Shown piece after piece: positions 11,201 to 19,378 of a DNA stretch of 35,432 nucleotides (position 1 is its first letter; the number at the start of each line of letters is the position of its first letter). A program made the translations under genes and the position numbers. The stretch is from a virus (lineage: Duplodnaviria > Caudoviricetes): positions 1 to 35,432 of the IMG/VR virus record IMGVR_UViG_3300037991_001660. One strand, 5' to 3'. The notes under the pieces are model-generated. The model made no database searches. It saw only the letters and a program-made list of their open reading frames with translations, and was not told the origin of the DNA.

Positions 11201-11572
11201 AGGACTATTTCTATACTTTACTCGAAACTCTTTTGCTTTTTCATTTAGCTCAACATCTATTTCTGTTTCAAATCTAGTTGCTAAAGCTTTTCTTCGAGCA
11301 TTACTTGCAATGCGACCAAAACCTTTTGGTGCTTTATATGCTTCAGGTAAACCAGTTGCAGGATCAAGAGCTAAAACTTCTTGATCAGTTAATCTACCTA
11401 CTGACTCAATACCTCTTCTTTCTGCATTTTCAGCAGCACGTTTGTAAAAGATCTTTGACATTACATTAGCACTATCAGCTAATGCCTCACCAACTATAGC
11501 TCCAGCCCTTGAAGATCGAGCAACGCCAATTGTACCAACTTTAAACTGTCTTGTTTCTTTTTTAGGAGCCAT
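8225..11572 (-). CDS. Internal virion/ejection protein (gp15-like position)
   Basis: 1115 aa, helical; synteny between the gp14-like and gp16-like genes. Confidence 0.65.
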   Translation of the reverse strand: MAPKKETRQFKVGTIGVARSSRAGAIVGEALADSANVMSKIFYKRAAENAERRGIESVGRLTDQEVLALDPATGLPEAYKAPKGFGRIASNARRKALATRFETEIDVELNEKAKEFRVKYRNSPEAFKKAMLDYTAEMMNVEQSSIFTQAIENKGTNTANNVYAALQLEALAEHDKDMANANAFANKEYLIGLQYAYKVNKKELIDKLTAKINERNQTDLDAEYIRSSDLLPLPKLKEIAKSKGIIERTLQNSNLTINEIRQLSLAVASGDHNLIPDKKELEDLVWVIFMNDDRPSVMNAIQEFTLPILATAEKNQLFQSSVERIKKITEAAIISPQYLQSEIRNATDSELTGLLANISLSYTNNMFARNNAVGTGIPIEDANANLLRDEKFAKGAADAVIGKIVAEADFDDFRDIETYLAGRNPELLAKIKSQNPSVGNMLQSLLKFEDDLGMDGSDFTGKLVTAMNGITDVKRHNQIKEQYNNSVLIEDKIKNTVDILTEGNNYTNVGQDLIDEIRSADINDEQQRALLLQLDAKFGNDFVRQVYSGVNSEGLLAALDFYAKNGKERPTDTGVPSPLSDAQKGMLDAARKHLGQAALNTASNTKKISIGEQLEAAKVEAERIATLEGAVTGTTENKEKNRLIVGDYFEGNIPEGYKDLADFIANPNIPLTEENFEKIQNFTMELQKYHKVPPQAIINVLKQAASQGGFAKPNRSLSRVLRFYRAIGNPKNPVTGVSFPSFGLDAALTKEEKAVLDALVIAEMDIDPALDDRARDAALTTVAKDTLRIMTDDNFRSLFLSSLPLDDGTASPNAIAYVYRELKITDTETAERVAAGLRAGFATAQATGETFNPQKISQDVLKATAKEDVRVRTFGTSSDLSPFALDITTEGNGDDFALWSRMELGRVLKREGVVTPEGFIEGKEISQVNFVAVGYDTQTKGQAYALVDENNVAYQMETIGEDGEAVNHAVFVSTKDPMFIKYLANKQEILEEEAEREAREKSIKNAQKEEPVSPEIITRVTKASEQTPEAKTVFQTILNEVYTDVKKSQRYQQEKYIEAYEALFEQDPTTLSNSDRRKFAGRLLVELKKEAKRNNKDIMDEEYKSIRDMLLEFQR

Positions 11573-11580
11573 TGATTTAC

Positions 11581-12021
11581 CTACATAGTATCTTGAAATT
11601 CCATCATACCGCTCATTAAAGTAGTAAATGCTTTAATTCTTGCAGCTTTTTCTCTAGCTCTACCTTCAACTCTTATTGTTGTTGCTTGCTGTTGAAGTTT
11701 TGCTTGCTCAAACATACCCATAAGATCTGATCTTGATGTATCTTGCAGTGCTATTTCTTTTTGCCTATCTAAAAAAGCTTTAACAGACGCATCATCCCTA
11801 CCTCTAAATGACGCTAAGTTTGCTGAAAGATTATTACGATATAACTCTAGTCTATCATTGTGTCGCTGCAATGCAGAAACTTTACTGCGTTTTTTTTCAG
11901 TTTCAGTAGCAAAAGCATCTAATTCAGCAGCCTTACGCTGCGCCCGACCAGCACTAGCCATAGCCCCAGCTTGCACAACCTTGCTCCCAAAAGCTAATAA
12001 AGTAAATGGATCTAAAGCCAT
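11581..12021 (-). CDS. Small internal virion protein (gp14-like position)
   Basis: Hydrophobic Ala/Gly N-terminus followed by a coiled coil; synteny after tail tubular B. Confidence 0.6.
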   Translation of the reverse strand: MALDPFTLLAFGSKVVQAGAMASAGRAQRKAAELDAFATETEKKRSKVSALQRHNDRLELYRNNLSANLASFRGRDDASVKAFLDRQKEIALQDTSRSDLMGMFEQAKLQQQATTIRVEGRAREKAARIKAFTTLMSGMMEFQDTM

Positions 12022-14267
12022 TAGATGATTACCTCCGTAATAAATCCATTAACTTGCATAGATAACGGATTGTCTTGTTCTATTGTTACCTTAGGATCTC
12101 TATCGTATCCAATCAATCTAACTTCTTTCTTACCAGTAAATGATGTTTCAATATTTATAGGTTTAGTATTTACCTTTATAGATCTGGTATCTTTTATATC
12201 TACAACAACATTTGTAATTCCTCGAAGACTTCCTGTTAGTGGGCCAGCAGCCCCAGATGCATCTATAGGATTTGATATAATCTTTGATGTAAATTTCTTA
12301 CCAACATATGCGTGCGTATATCCAGCAGTAGAAAAAGCTGACAAATCAACAGCACCAGAAGCTACAGTAAACTCACCAAGATAATCATTCTGACTACCAC
12401 TTGTTGCTACAACATCAACGGTAACACCGTTTGCATATGCAGAACTAACAGTAATAGAGTTAGAAGATATTGCGCCATAGATATAAGAATCTAAACCAAT
12501 ATCAGTCTTAAACTCACAAAGCTTTAGCTTATTGTTTGCATCATAGATATTTGCAAACAGTCTATCATCTATAGCAACGACAGAATCAAAACGACCATTT
12601 GTTGTAAACTCAGTCCAAGATGCTCTTTTCTCTGCTCGATTAGATGTAAAAACTGCTGCATCACCATCAGTCATACTCATAATTATATAAGAGTCTGCCT
12701 GTTCAAAGCCACTGTGAGCAACAGCCATATACTTAGGAGTATTAATTAAATGAGAAGCAATAGTTGATATTGCAGTAGAAGCATATGCATCTTCATTATC
12801 AGTAAACAAATACTCTCGAACTATTCTTCCACTAGCTTGTGAAAAAACAGTTGCTCCATCTATTAATTGAGGTGTTGCAAATGCACAGCCATATGGAGTT
12901 TGCTCACGGATCTGAGCGTTGGTTGGCGTAATTGCTTGATTAAGATAAGTGGGAACATAAAGCTCACCAGTGCCAGCAAAGACCTGAAGATCACGGCTAG
13001 AAACTAAATGACGTATTTCATGTACATCGCCAGTTGCAGCTGTTAGTTGAATAGCCTCATTATCCTGTGCAGTACCAACATCATGATTAAAATACTCTCC
13101 AATCTTACTCATATAAATAGAATCTGGTTCTGCAATTGTTCCAGCAAATACTAATCTATTTTCATGAAATGATACGGCTGCTGGATAACCTCTCTTAGCA
13201 GACCAAGACTGTTCATCAAAAGTTGTTGTCGGTGCATGAGTTTGAATAAGTGGATTTCCACCACCATCTTCAGATGCATTAGCCGCAGCATCAGCAGTAA
13301 ACGTATAAGTATTGTCATCAATAACACTTAAAACGGCTCTAGTTCCATTTAAGTTAGTCGCTGTTATTCCACCAACAGTATCCATGCCTGAGAATACAAG
13401 AGCCTCACCAACAGTATATCCATGATTAATATGAGTAACTTCTACAGTTGTGCTTCCGTTTCTAGTCCTTAGTGGATTAGCAACATCAAGTCTTAACTGT
13501 AATTCATCTGAAACAGTTCCAATTGCTTGTGTAGAAGACTGAACACTTGTTATCTGAAGTTCATTTCCGTGATATCTTATTATTACACCAACGTGTAATG
13601 AGTTAGGATAATTACCACCGCTTTGACTTCCTGTTGTATCAAAGTAAGCGGAACTTGTTGTTAATGTAACACTACTTCCAGAACCACCAGAAGCCCCAGG
13701 ATTTAACGTGACTCCAACACCATGAAATTTAGAATAAGGTTGATATGTTTTCTTTCCATCTGCTCTTTCGTCAAATGTATAAGTGCTTACTGTAAATGAC
13801 GTTAAACCTGTTCTTGTAAGTATCCTTGGCGCAAACAGTGGGTGACAGATAAACATTACATCACCCATTTGTGCAGCAGTATATTGCTGTAAGTATTCTC
13901 TATCAAAGGGTAAAGATGCACCGCCAGCGTCTGTTGTTAATGTAGCTACTAAACTTACAGTATCAGCATCTACAACTCTAAAACATCTTACCTTTTGATG
14001 CTCAACAGAAATAATATACTGTTCATTATTATCAAAAATAAATGGAAACAAATGAGATTGGTCTGGATAACTAGAGCTATAAGTTATTGAGTAGTCATAT
14101 ATATGCTTTAAACCCTGACGTTTTCTTGCACTACCTTCAGCAGTTACAATCATATTTTCAATCTTTTGGGCTGAACTTGTATAGATACCAGTATCAGTTC
14201 TCATTATGAGAGAGTCGCTTACCTCACCAAATTGAAAGCTGTTTTGCGGAACGCGAATCTTTTGCAT
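12021..14267 (-). CDS. Tail tubular protein B / nozzle (T7 gp12, P22 gp10-like)
   Basis: QNSFQFGEVS N-terminus, AQMGDVMFICHP, GYPAAVSFHENRLVFAG motifs. Confidence 0.9.
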   Translation of the reverse strand: MQKIRVPQNSFQFGEVSDSLIMRTDTGIYTSSAQKIENMIVTAEGSARKRQGLKHIYDYSITYSSSYPDQSHLFPFIFDNNEQYIISVEHQKVRCFRVVDADTVSLVATLTTDAGGASLPFDREYLQQYTAAQMGDVMFICHPLFAPRILTRTGLTSFTVSTYTFDERADGKKTYQPYSKFHGVGVTLNPGASGGSGSSVTLTTSSAYFDTTGSQSGGNYPNSLHVGVIIRYHGNELQITSVQSSTQAIGTVSDELQLRLDVANPLRTRNGSTTVEVTHINHGYTVGEALVFSGMDTVGGITATNLNGTRAVLSVIDDNTYTFTADAAANASEDGGGNPLIQTHAPTTTFDEQSWSAKRGYPAAVSFHENRLVFAGTIAEPDSIYMSKIGEYFNHDVGTAQDNEAIQLTAATGDVHEIRHLVSSRDLQVFAGTGELYVPTYLNQAITPTNAQIREQTPYGCAFATPQLIDGATVFSQASGRIVREYLFTDNEDAYASTAISTIASHLINTPKYMAVAHSGFEQADSYIIMSMTDGDAAVFTSNRAEKRASWTEFTTNGRFDSVVAIDDRLFANIYDANNKLKLCEFKTDIGLDSYIYGAISSNSITVSSAYANGVTVDVVATSGSQNDYLGEFTVASGAVDLSAFSTAGYTHAYVGKKFTSKIISNPIDASGAAGPLTGSLRGITNVVVDIKDTRSIKVNTKPINIETSFTGKKEVRLIGYDRDPKVTIEQDNPLSMQVNGFITEVII

Positions 14268-14851
14268 TAGCTTCGCCTTTCAGAGATAAACCTTTTTGTA
14301 TTAAGCTTCTTAGTTGTCTGAGCTTGAGAGTCTAATCTTCGAGCTTTAATTAACTGTATATTTGCCTGTTGATCCATAGCAGCAGATAAAGATGCATCTC
14401 TTGCTAATGATACTGCAAATACAGAAGCTACAGAAAACTGAACACCAAGCGTAAAGTATGGTGCCCACGTTGATTCACTTGCTCGATAAATATAATCTGC
14501 AATAACTTCATCAGTAGCGTTTGCATTATTATAAACTTTATCTTCATATATATTATATTCAATTGGAAGATCTTGAACAGTCAAAGCGTTAATCATTAGT
14601 GAATCGGCTGGTAATTGATAGGTAGCATCCCATCTTCCTATTGGAGCATCTGCTAACCTATTCAATTGAAATTGTTTAGTTGCAAAACGCCAACGACTGC
14701 TTGTTAAAGCAGCCCTAACAATATCTTCATATACTGCATCAGCTATATCAGACTCTGTAGTTCCGTCTGTAAATGATTGAATAGGATCTCCACCAATCAA
14801 CATTGATGCTCGAGAGCAAATTTTTATTGCTGTGTTTGCAAAATCAGGCAT
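14267..14851 (-). CDS. Tail tubular protein A / adaptor (T7 gp11-like)
   Basis: ICSRA..LIG..PI.SF, WRFATK, YQLPAD motifs; synteny. Confidence 0.85.
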   Translation of the reverse strand: MPDFANTAIKICSRASMLIGGDPIQSFTDGTTESDIADAVYEDIVRAALTSSRWRFATKQFQLNRLADAPIGRWDATYQLPADSLMINALTVQDLPIEYNIYEDKVYNNANATDEVIADYIYRASESTWAPYFTLGVQFSVASVFAVSLARDASLSAAMDQQANIQLIKARRLDSQAQTTKKLNTKRFISERRS

Positions 14852-14852
14852 A

Positions 14853-14876
14853 GAAAGTTGGGGGCCGAAGCCCCCA
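14853..14876 (-). terminator. Intrinsic terminator after the capsid operon (T7 Tphi-like position)
   Basis: Minus strand TGGGGGC-TTCG-GCCCCCA followed by ACTTTCT; cUUCGg tetraloop, weak U-tract. Confidence 0.7.
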
Positions 14877-14880
14877 CCCC

Positions 14881-15144
14881 TTAGTCGCCATCGGTTTCTG
14901 CTACTGCCGTACCATCAGATACGTCAACAACAGTACCAGTGTTGGAAAGAACAGTACAAAAACTTGTTGTTGGTGCATTTGTATCACGAACAATTATTAA
15001 ATCACGAACAGCAAGCATGTTAGCTGCATCGTTGAAGTAACCAGCCGTGTTGACAGCAGCAATTGCATCCGCCGCCGTATACATCCACAAGTTTCCATTA
15101 GTGTCTCCACCAATACGAGTTAGTCCACTTGAAGCAAAAGCCAT
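14881..15144 (-). CDS. Putative capsid decoration/minor structural protein
   Basis: 87 aa, RBS GGAGG, immediately after the capsid gene and before the terminator. Confidence 0.55.
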   Translation of the reverse strand: MAFASSGLTRIGGDTNGNLWMYTAADAIAAVNTAGYFNDAANMLAVRDLIIVRDTNAPTTSFCTVLSNTGTVVDVSDGTAVAETDGD

Positions 15145-15156
15145 ATTCTAACCCTC

Positions 15157-15966
15157 CTAGTTATTATCTAATAGTTCATAGATACCATTGTCATCAATAA
15201 CAACAGCACCCATAGACATCATAGATGTTGCAAGGTGAGATACTTTCTCAGCAACATAGTTGACTTCAGTTTGAACATCAGAGTTGATACCCAAGCCAAC
15301 AGCAGTTGTGTGATAGCACATACTCTTACCAGCAGCCACAGCAGACGTTGAGAAAATCTTAAAGCCTAAGAACTCTTTCATTGTCATGCCACCAGCATAA
15401 GGTAAATTTTGATCACCAACGAAGTCAGATGATGCAAACTCTGTAATTAAGAACAGGTCAGCAAAACCTTTTGGGTGCATAGCGATATAACGCTGTCCAT
15501 CCTCAGGAATATTAGCTGTTCCAAATGTTTCAAATACAGACAGTAGATCTGCTTTTTCAACAGCAGAACTTGTATCGTGGATTTGAGTTGAGTTAGCACC
15601 AGCATCCATAGCTGTAATTAACAAGCTATCAGTCTTACGACCTAGAGCAGCAGCAGCAGATTGTGCTACAGCTTGACGCTCATTGATGTTGATCTTGAGT
15701 TCATCTAACTTGTCGATGTACTCAGCAGCGTAGAAGTCAGCCATTGTTGCTTCTACATTGGTATGTGCAAGTTCCATTGGAGTTACATTACCATTACGAG
15801 ATTTAGTAGTTGCTTCCGCAGTACCAATCTTTTGAAATCTAACAGTTGATCCTGTCACATTAGCAGTCCGCACTGTGTTCCGTAGCTTAGAACCCATACG
15901 CTGATACGCCATGTGAACTTCTGTTTCGAACTGTTTGATAAAGGCTGTGTCGATTGTGTTAGCCAT
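15157..15966 (-). CDS. Major capsid protein
   Basis: AFIKQFETEVHMAYQRMGSKLRNTV, ALGRKTD, SSDFV, FLGF motifs; synteny. Confidence 0.9.
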   Translation of the reverse strand: MANTIDTAFIKQFETEVHMAYQRMGSKLRNTVRTANVTGSTVRFQKIGTAEATTKSRNGNVTPMELAHTNVEATMADFYAAEYIDKLDELKININERQAVAQSAAAALGRKTDSLLITAMDAGANSTQIHDTSSAVEKADLLSVFETFGTANIPEDGQRYIAMHPKGFADLFLITEFASSDFVGDQNLPYAGGMTMKEFLGFKIFSTSAVAAGKSMCYHTTAVGLGINSDVQTEVNYVAEKVSHLATSMMSMGAVVIDDNGIYELLDNN

Positions 15967-16045
15967 TTATTAGTTCCTTATTGAAGTTACGGTTACTAAC
16001 AGGTGTCCGCTTTATCACTTCAGCAAGGGTATCCTTTCGGGCCTT

Positions 16046-16639
16046 TCAGTGTATTACGGGCTGCAATGTGCAATCATAAACATCTTTTTGATTTGGATTG
16101 CAACGCACAAAATCAACATATTCGATTTCATTGTTAGATATTATACCAACCGCTTCAAACCCTAACCATGATGCCCAATCTAAAATAAACTTATATTCTT
16201 TAAGAATTGTCATAGATAAACCGCTATGGAATTGGTCAAAGTAATCAACAAACATTACAGATCCTCTAGCCATAGCAATAAAGTTTTCTCTTATTTTATC
16301 AGAAAACATTGCAAACATCTGAGGCCATTCCTGATCTTCAGTAAACCAAAGACCACCAACCATTATAAATTCTTCATTATTTTTTCTGCAAAGATAGCAC
16401 TCTGAGCTTTTGTGCATATCTACAAGAGCTTCTCGAATATCAGTGTAACCTAGTAAAACAAGCTCTTTTACATTCTCTTTTGTCAGACCTCTGATAACTT
16501 CATCAATATGATCTAAAGTAAAAGGGGTAAGATAATACTCACCCCTCTGTAAAATTTTAGCCTCTGTAGATTCTTTTGAATCCTTCGGCAACTTGCTTGT
16601 GTAAGTGTGGGTCACGATCTTTCCAATACTTTGGATCAT
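16046..16639 (-). CDS. GNAT-fold / T7 gp13-like protein (start uncertain)
   Basis: MVGGLW...WASWLGFEAV pattern; recognisable part starts near 16555, and the only upstream ATG overlaps the scaffold gene by 83 nt. Confidence 0.55.
   Translation of the reverse strand: MIQSIGKIVTHTYTSKLPKDSKESTEAKILQRGEYYLTPFTLDHIDEVIRGLTKENVKELVLLGYTDIREALVDMHKSSECYLCRKNNEEFIMVGGLWFTEDQEWPQMFAMFSDKIRENFIAMARGSVMFVDYFDQFHSGLSMTILKEYKFILDWASWLGFEAVGIISNNEIEYVDFVRCNPNQKDVYDCTLQPVIH
16101..16111 (-). promoter_or_regulatory. Late promoter motif TTTGTGCGTTG (capsid operon)
   Basis: Exact 11-mer upstream of the capsid leader. Confidence 0.7.
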
Positions 16640-17294
16640 CCATCATTTTTCTAAGATCAGCTTCATTAAGCTCAGATGCTGATGCTGTATCTCCAGCAAA
16701 CGATCCATCCTTCATACTCGTCATCATAGTCTCAAGAGCAATAATACCCTCATGACTTTCACACATTTTTTCTATAGCTGGCAATGCTGACTCAGGAAAA
16801 AACTTATTAGCCCATAATGATGCAGCATCTATTCTAGCTTCAGCATTATCGCCAAGCTTAGCAACTTCTTCATCATAGCTAGGTTGAGATCCTAAAACAG
16901 AATCAGCGTATATTTTTATACCTTCTTCAAACTCTTCTTGAGAAAATCCATTGTTAAATGAATGCTCTGACCACCATCTGAGCAACTCATTATCAACAGC
17001 TTCTTCTTCATTAATAATATCTGGAAGCTGATAATCACCAGAAGTTTCTGGTCTATCAGCAAAAGCTTCTGCTTGTATTTCTTCTATAAGCTGATTTCTT
17101 ATATCTTCATCTTTAGATCCAAGTTTTTGAGATAACTCACTATAAGACTTTGCTAGATCTTCTGGTGTATTAAATTTTTCTGGCAACCATTCAGGTCTTT
17201 CAGACTTTTGCTCTACCTTTTCAACATCTTCTTGGGTTACAAAATCACGACCATCTTCGGCTGCTGCTTCTACTGCTGCGTCTTCTTCACTCAT
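16557..17294 (-). CDS. Capsid scaffolding protein
   Basis: Acidic; RPEWLPEKF...LAKSYSEL, MDDPKYW motifs. Confidence 0.85.
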   Translation of the reverse strand: MSEEDAAVEAAAEDGRDFVTQEDVEKVEQKSERPEWLPEKFNTPEDLAKSYSELSQKLGSKDEDIRNQLIEEIQAEAFADRPETSGDYQLPDIINEEEAVDNELLRWWSEHSFNNGFSQEEFEEGIKIYADSVLGSQPSYDEEVAKLGDNAEARIDAASLWANKFFPESALPAIEKMCESHEGIIALETMMTSMKDGSFAGDTASASELNEADLRKMMDDPKYWKDRDPHLHKQVAEGFKRIYRG

Positions 17295-17548
17295 TGTTTA
17301 CTCCTATTTGCATGGGCAATACGGTGTTCAATTAAACCTACTAAGTATCTTTGCCCCTCAATATGTCGAAGTTCTTCTGTAGAAACATTAGGCCCATTAA
17401 CCATTTCAATAGTAATAGATCTAAGATACTTCAGAACTTCCTGACCTGTGGGGCTAGAAAATATCTGTGCAACATTCTTACTAATCTCAACATCACGCTC
17501 AGATTTTCGCTGAATGCCATCTATTCCAATATTAACCTTGTTGCTCAA
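17291..17548 (-). CDS. Bbp19-like small protein
   Basis: FSSPTGQEVLKYL...EGQR motif between portal and scaffold. Confidence 0.7.
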   Translation of the reverse strand: MSNKVNIGIDGIQRKSERDVEISKNVAQIFSSPTGQEVLKYLRSITIEMVNGPNVSTEELRHIEGQRYLVGLIEHRIAHANRSKQ

Positions 17549-19073
17549 CTGGCATCATTCCCTGCTGCATTGCCTGTTGTTCCGCTAATTGTCTTGCGGC
17601 TTCTGCTATCTGTTTACGTTGTTCTTCATCTCGAATCAAGCTTTCTGGAACACCAAACTTCTTAGCTAAGTAAATAGCGGTCTGCTCTCCATCAATTAAA
17701 AGCTGTAACATATCTGGACCAAAACCATTACCAATCATCTCGAGAAAGCGTGATACTACAGAAATATCTTGATTAGATTGAGCTTGAGCCAGTGGAGAGA
17801 CAGACCTAACTTTAATCTCTCTGCCGTTAACTGTTGGAATTTCAATACGCCCTTGTTTCTTTAGAATATAAACTACGCGTTGAAGAAGTGGCTGAACAAG
17901 CTCAGCTTGCAATCTACCAAAAGATGCGCCCATTCTTCTTGATAAGTCAGCCATACGTTCAGCTATTTCTGTAGCTGTAGCTGGTGTTTTATCAGGATTA
18001 CCAAGCATATCATTATACAAAGCACGTTTAATATTTAATCTAAGATCACCTAAAACAAGTTGAGCAACATCAAAACGACCAGCAGCTTGTATAGGTTGCA
18101 ATCCAGCAGATCCCATAGCTTTAGGAATTATAGTCCCTGGAACGAGATTTATTGTGTCAGGGTTTATAACGCCATCATCTTCCATTTGATAAATACCAGA
18201 GATAGACATTTGAGCATTCTCAAGTATTAACTGAATGGTAAGGTTAGTTGTTTTGATAGAACTTAACGCATTGATAAGTGGCCCCCGACCATAAACCTCA
18301 CCAGCACACTTAGACCAACGAAAACAAATAAATGGATTAGAACCAACGCCATTCATTTCTTTTGAGTGTAAAACTGTTTCAGTAGTTAGACATATTGCAT
18401 AGTGATAGTATGCTTCAACATTTGGTTTTGTATAGTTTCTGCATACAAGCTCAAGGACTGTTGTCTCTCTGTTAGATCCCATTTGTGAAGTAACCTTAGA
18501 ATCAAAGGTAGATTTAGGAAACATTAAAGGAAGATGATCAAACTTTACTTTCTTTCTTTCTCGAAAGACATGATCAATTCTATCGTCGGGGCCAGTATCG
18601 AGTACGACATGGGGTAGGGGTATTGCGGAAAAGTTTATCGGGTTTAATGAATCACCTTCCTCAACGCACAAGATACCAGTCCCAACAGCCAAGTCCATAA
18701 AAGATTCATGAACCTCTTGGCTAAAATTAGAGTTTTGTAAAACCTCAAATACATAATTTGTTACTTCATCTAACTGATTATCAACTTCTTCTCTTTCTTG
18801 CGGATCTACTTCACTGCCAGAAACAAAGTCAGCCCATCGAGCAAAGTTTGGAACAATACCTGACTGTAATCTACTTGCAAACTCTTGAGTACCTACTACA
18901 GCAGTTTCATCAAAAATCTTTTCATCTCTACGTTGACCGTGTTCTTCATAGTAAAAAGATTCTCTTTGAGGCAAAGCATACTCATAGCATTCCTCAAAAA
19001 GCGAAACCCATTGCTCACGAAATGCTTTTGCCTTTCGATACTTTTCTATAAAATGCTTTGCTATATTATCCAT
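17532..19073 (-). CDS. Portal (head-tail connector, T7 gp8 family)
   Basis: FASRLQSG..P, DLAVGTG, RWSK..GEVYGRGP, TATEI, GRLQAEL..PL, SPLAQAQ motifs. Confidence 0.95.
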   Translation of the reverse strand: MDNIAKHFIEKYRKAKAFREQWVSLFEECYEYALPQRESFYYEEHGQRRDEKIFDETAVVGTQEFASRLQSGIVPNFARWADFVSGSEVDPQEREEVDNQLDEVTNYVFEVLQNSNFSQEVHESFMDLAVGTGILCVEEGDSLNPINFSAIPLPHVVLDTGPDDRIDHVFRERKKVKFDHLPLMFPKSTFDSKVTSQMGSNRETTVLELVCRNYTKPNVEAYYHYAICLTTETVLHSKEMNGVGSNPFICFRWSKCAGEVYGRGPLINALSSIKTTNLTIQLILENAQMSISGIYQMEDDGVINPDTINLVPGTIIPKAMGSAGLQPIQAAGRFDVAQLVLGDLRLNIKRALYNDMLGNPDKTPATATEIAERMADLSRRMGASFGRLQAELVQPLLQRVVYILKKQGRIEIPTVNGREIKVRSVSPLAQAQSNQDISVVSRFLEMIGNGFGPDMLQLLIDGEQTAIYLAKKFGVPESLIRDEEQRKQIAEAARQLAEQQAMQQGMMPVEQQG

Positions 19074-19333
19074 TAGCTAAACCGATTTAAATATCCAGCA
19101 GCACCGCCACCAGCACCCTGTTGTTGAATTGCTTTAAATAAAGATCTTCTACCAGCACCACCTCTAGCACCAGCATCAGCAACACTTGCAGATAAAGCAT
19201 CAGATATATCTTTACGTTTTTGTTTAGCTCTGCGTTCTATTTCATCTCGCTCAGCTTGTTCGGCTGCTAATCTATCATCAGCAGCAGCTTGCTCTTCTGC
19301 TTGCGTTGGGCCACCGCCTCCACCAAAACACAT
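19073..19333 (-). CDS. Small virion-associated protein with MCFGGG N-terminus (T7 gp6.7/7.3-like position)
   Basis: ATG at 19333 preceded by AAGGAG; immediately upstream of portal. Confidence 0.65.
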   Translation of the reverse strand: MCFGGGGGPTQAEEQAAADDRLAAEQAERDEIERRAKQKRKDISDALSASVADAGARGGAGRRSLFKAIQQQGAGGGAAGYLNRFS

Positions 19334-19378
19334 AATAAAACTCCTTTTTTTCTTCCTAGTCACAAAGTTAAAATAAAA

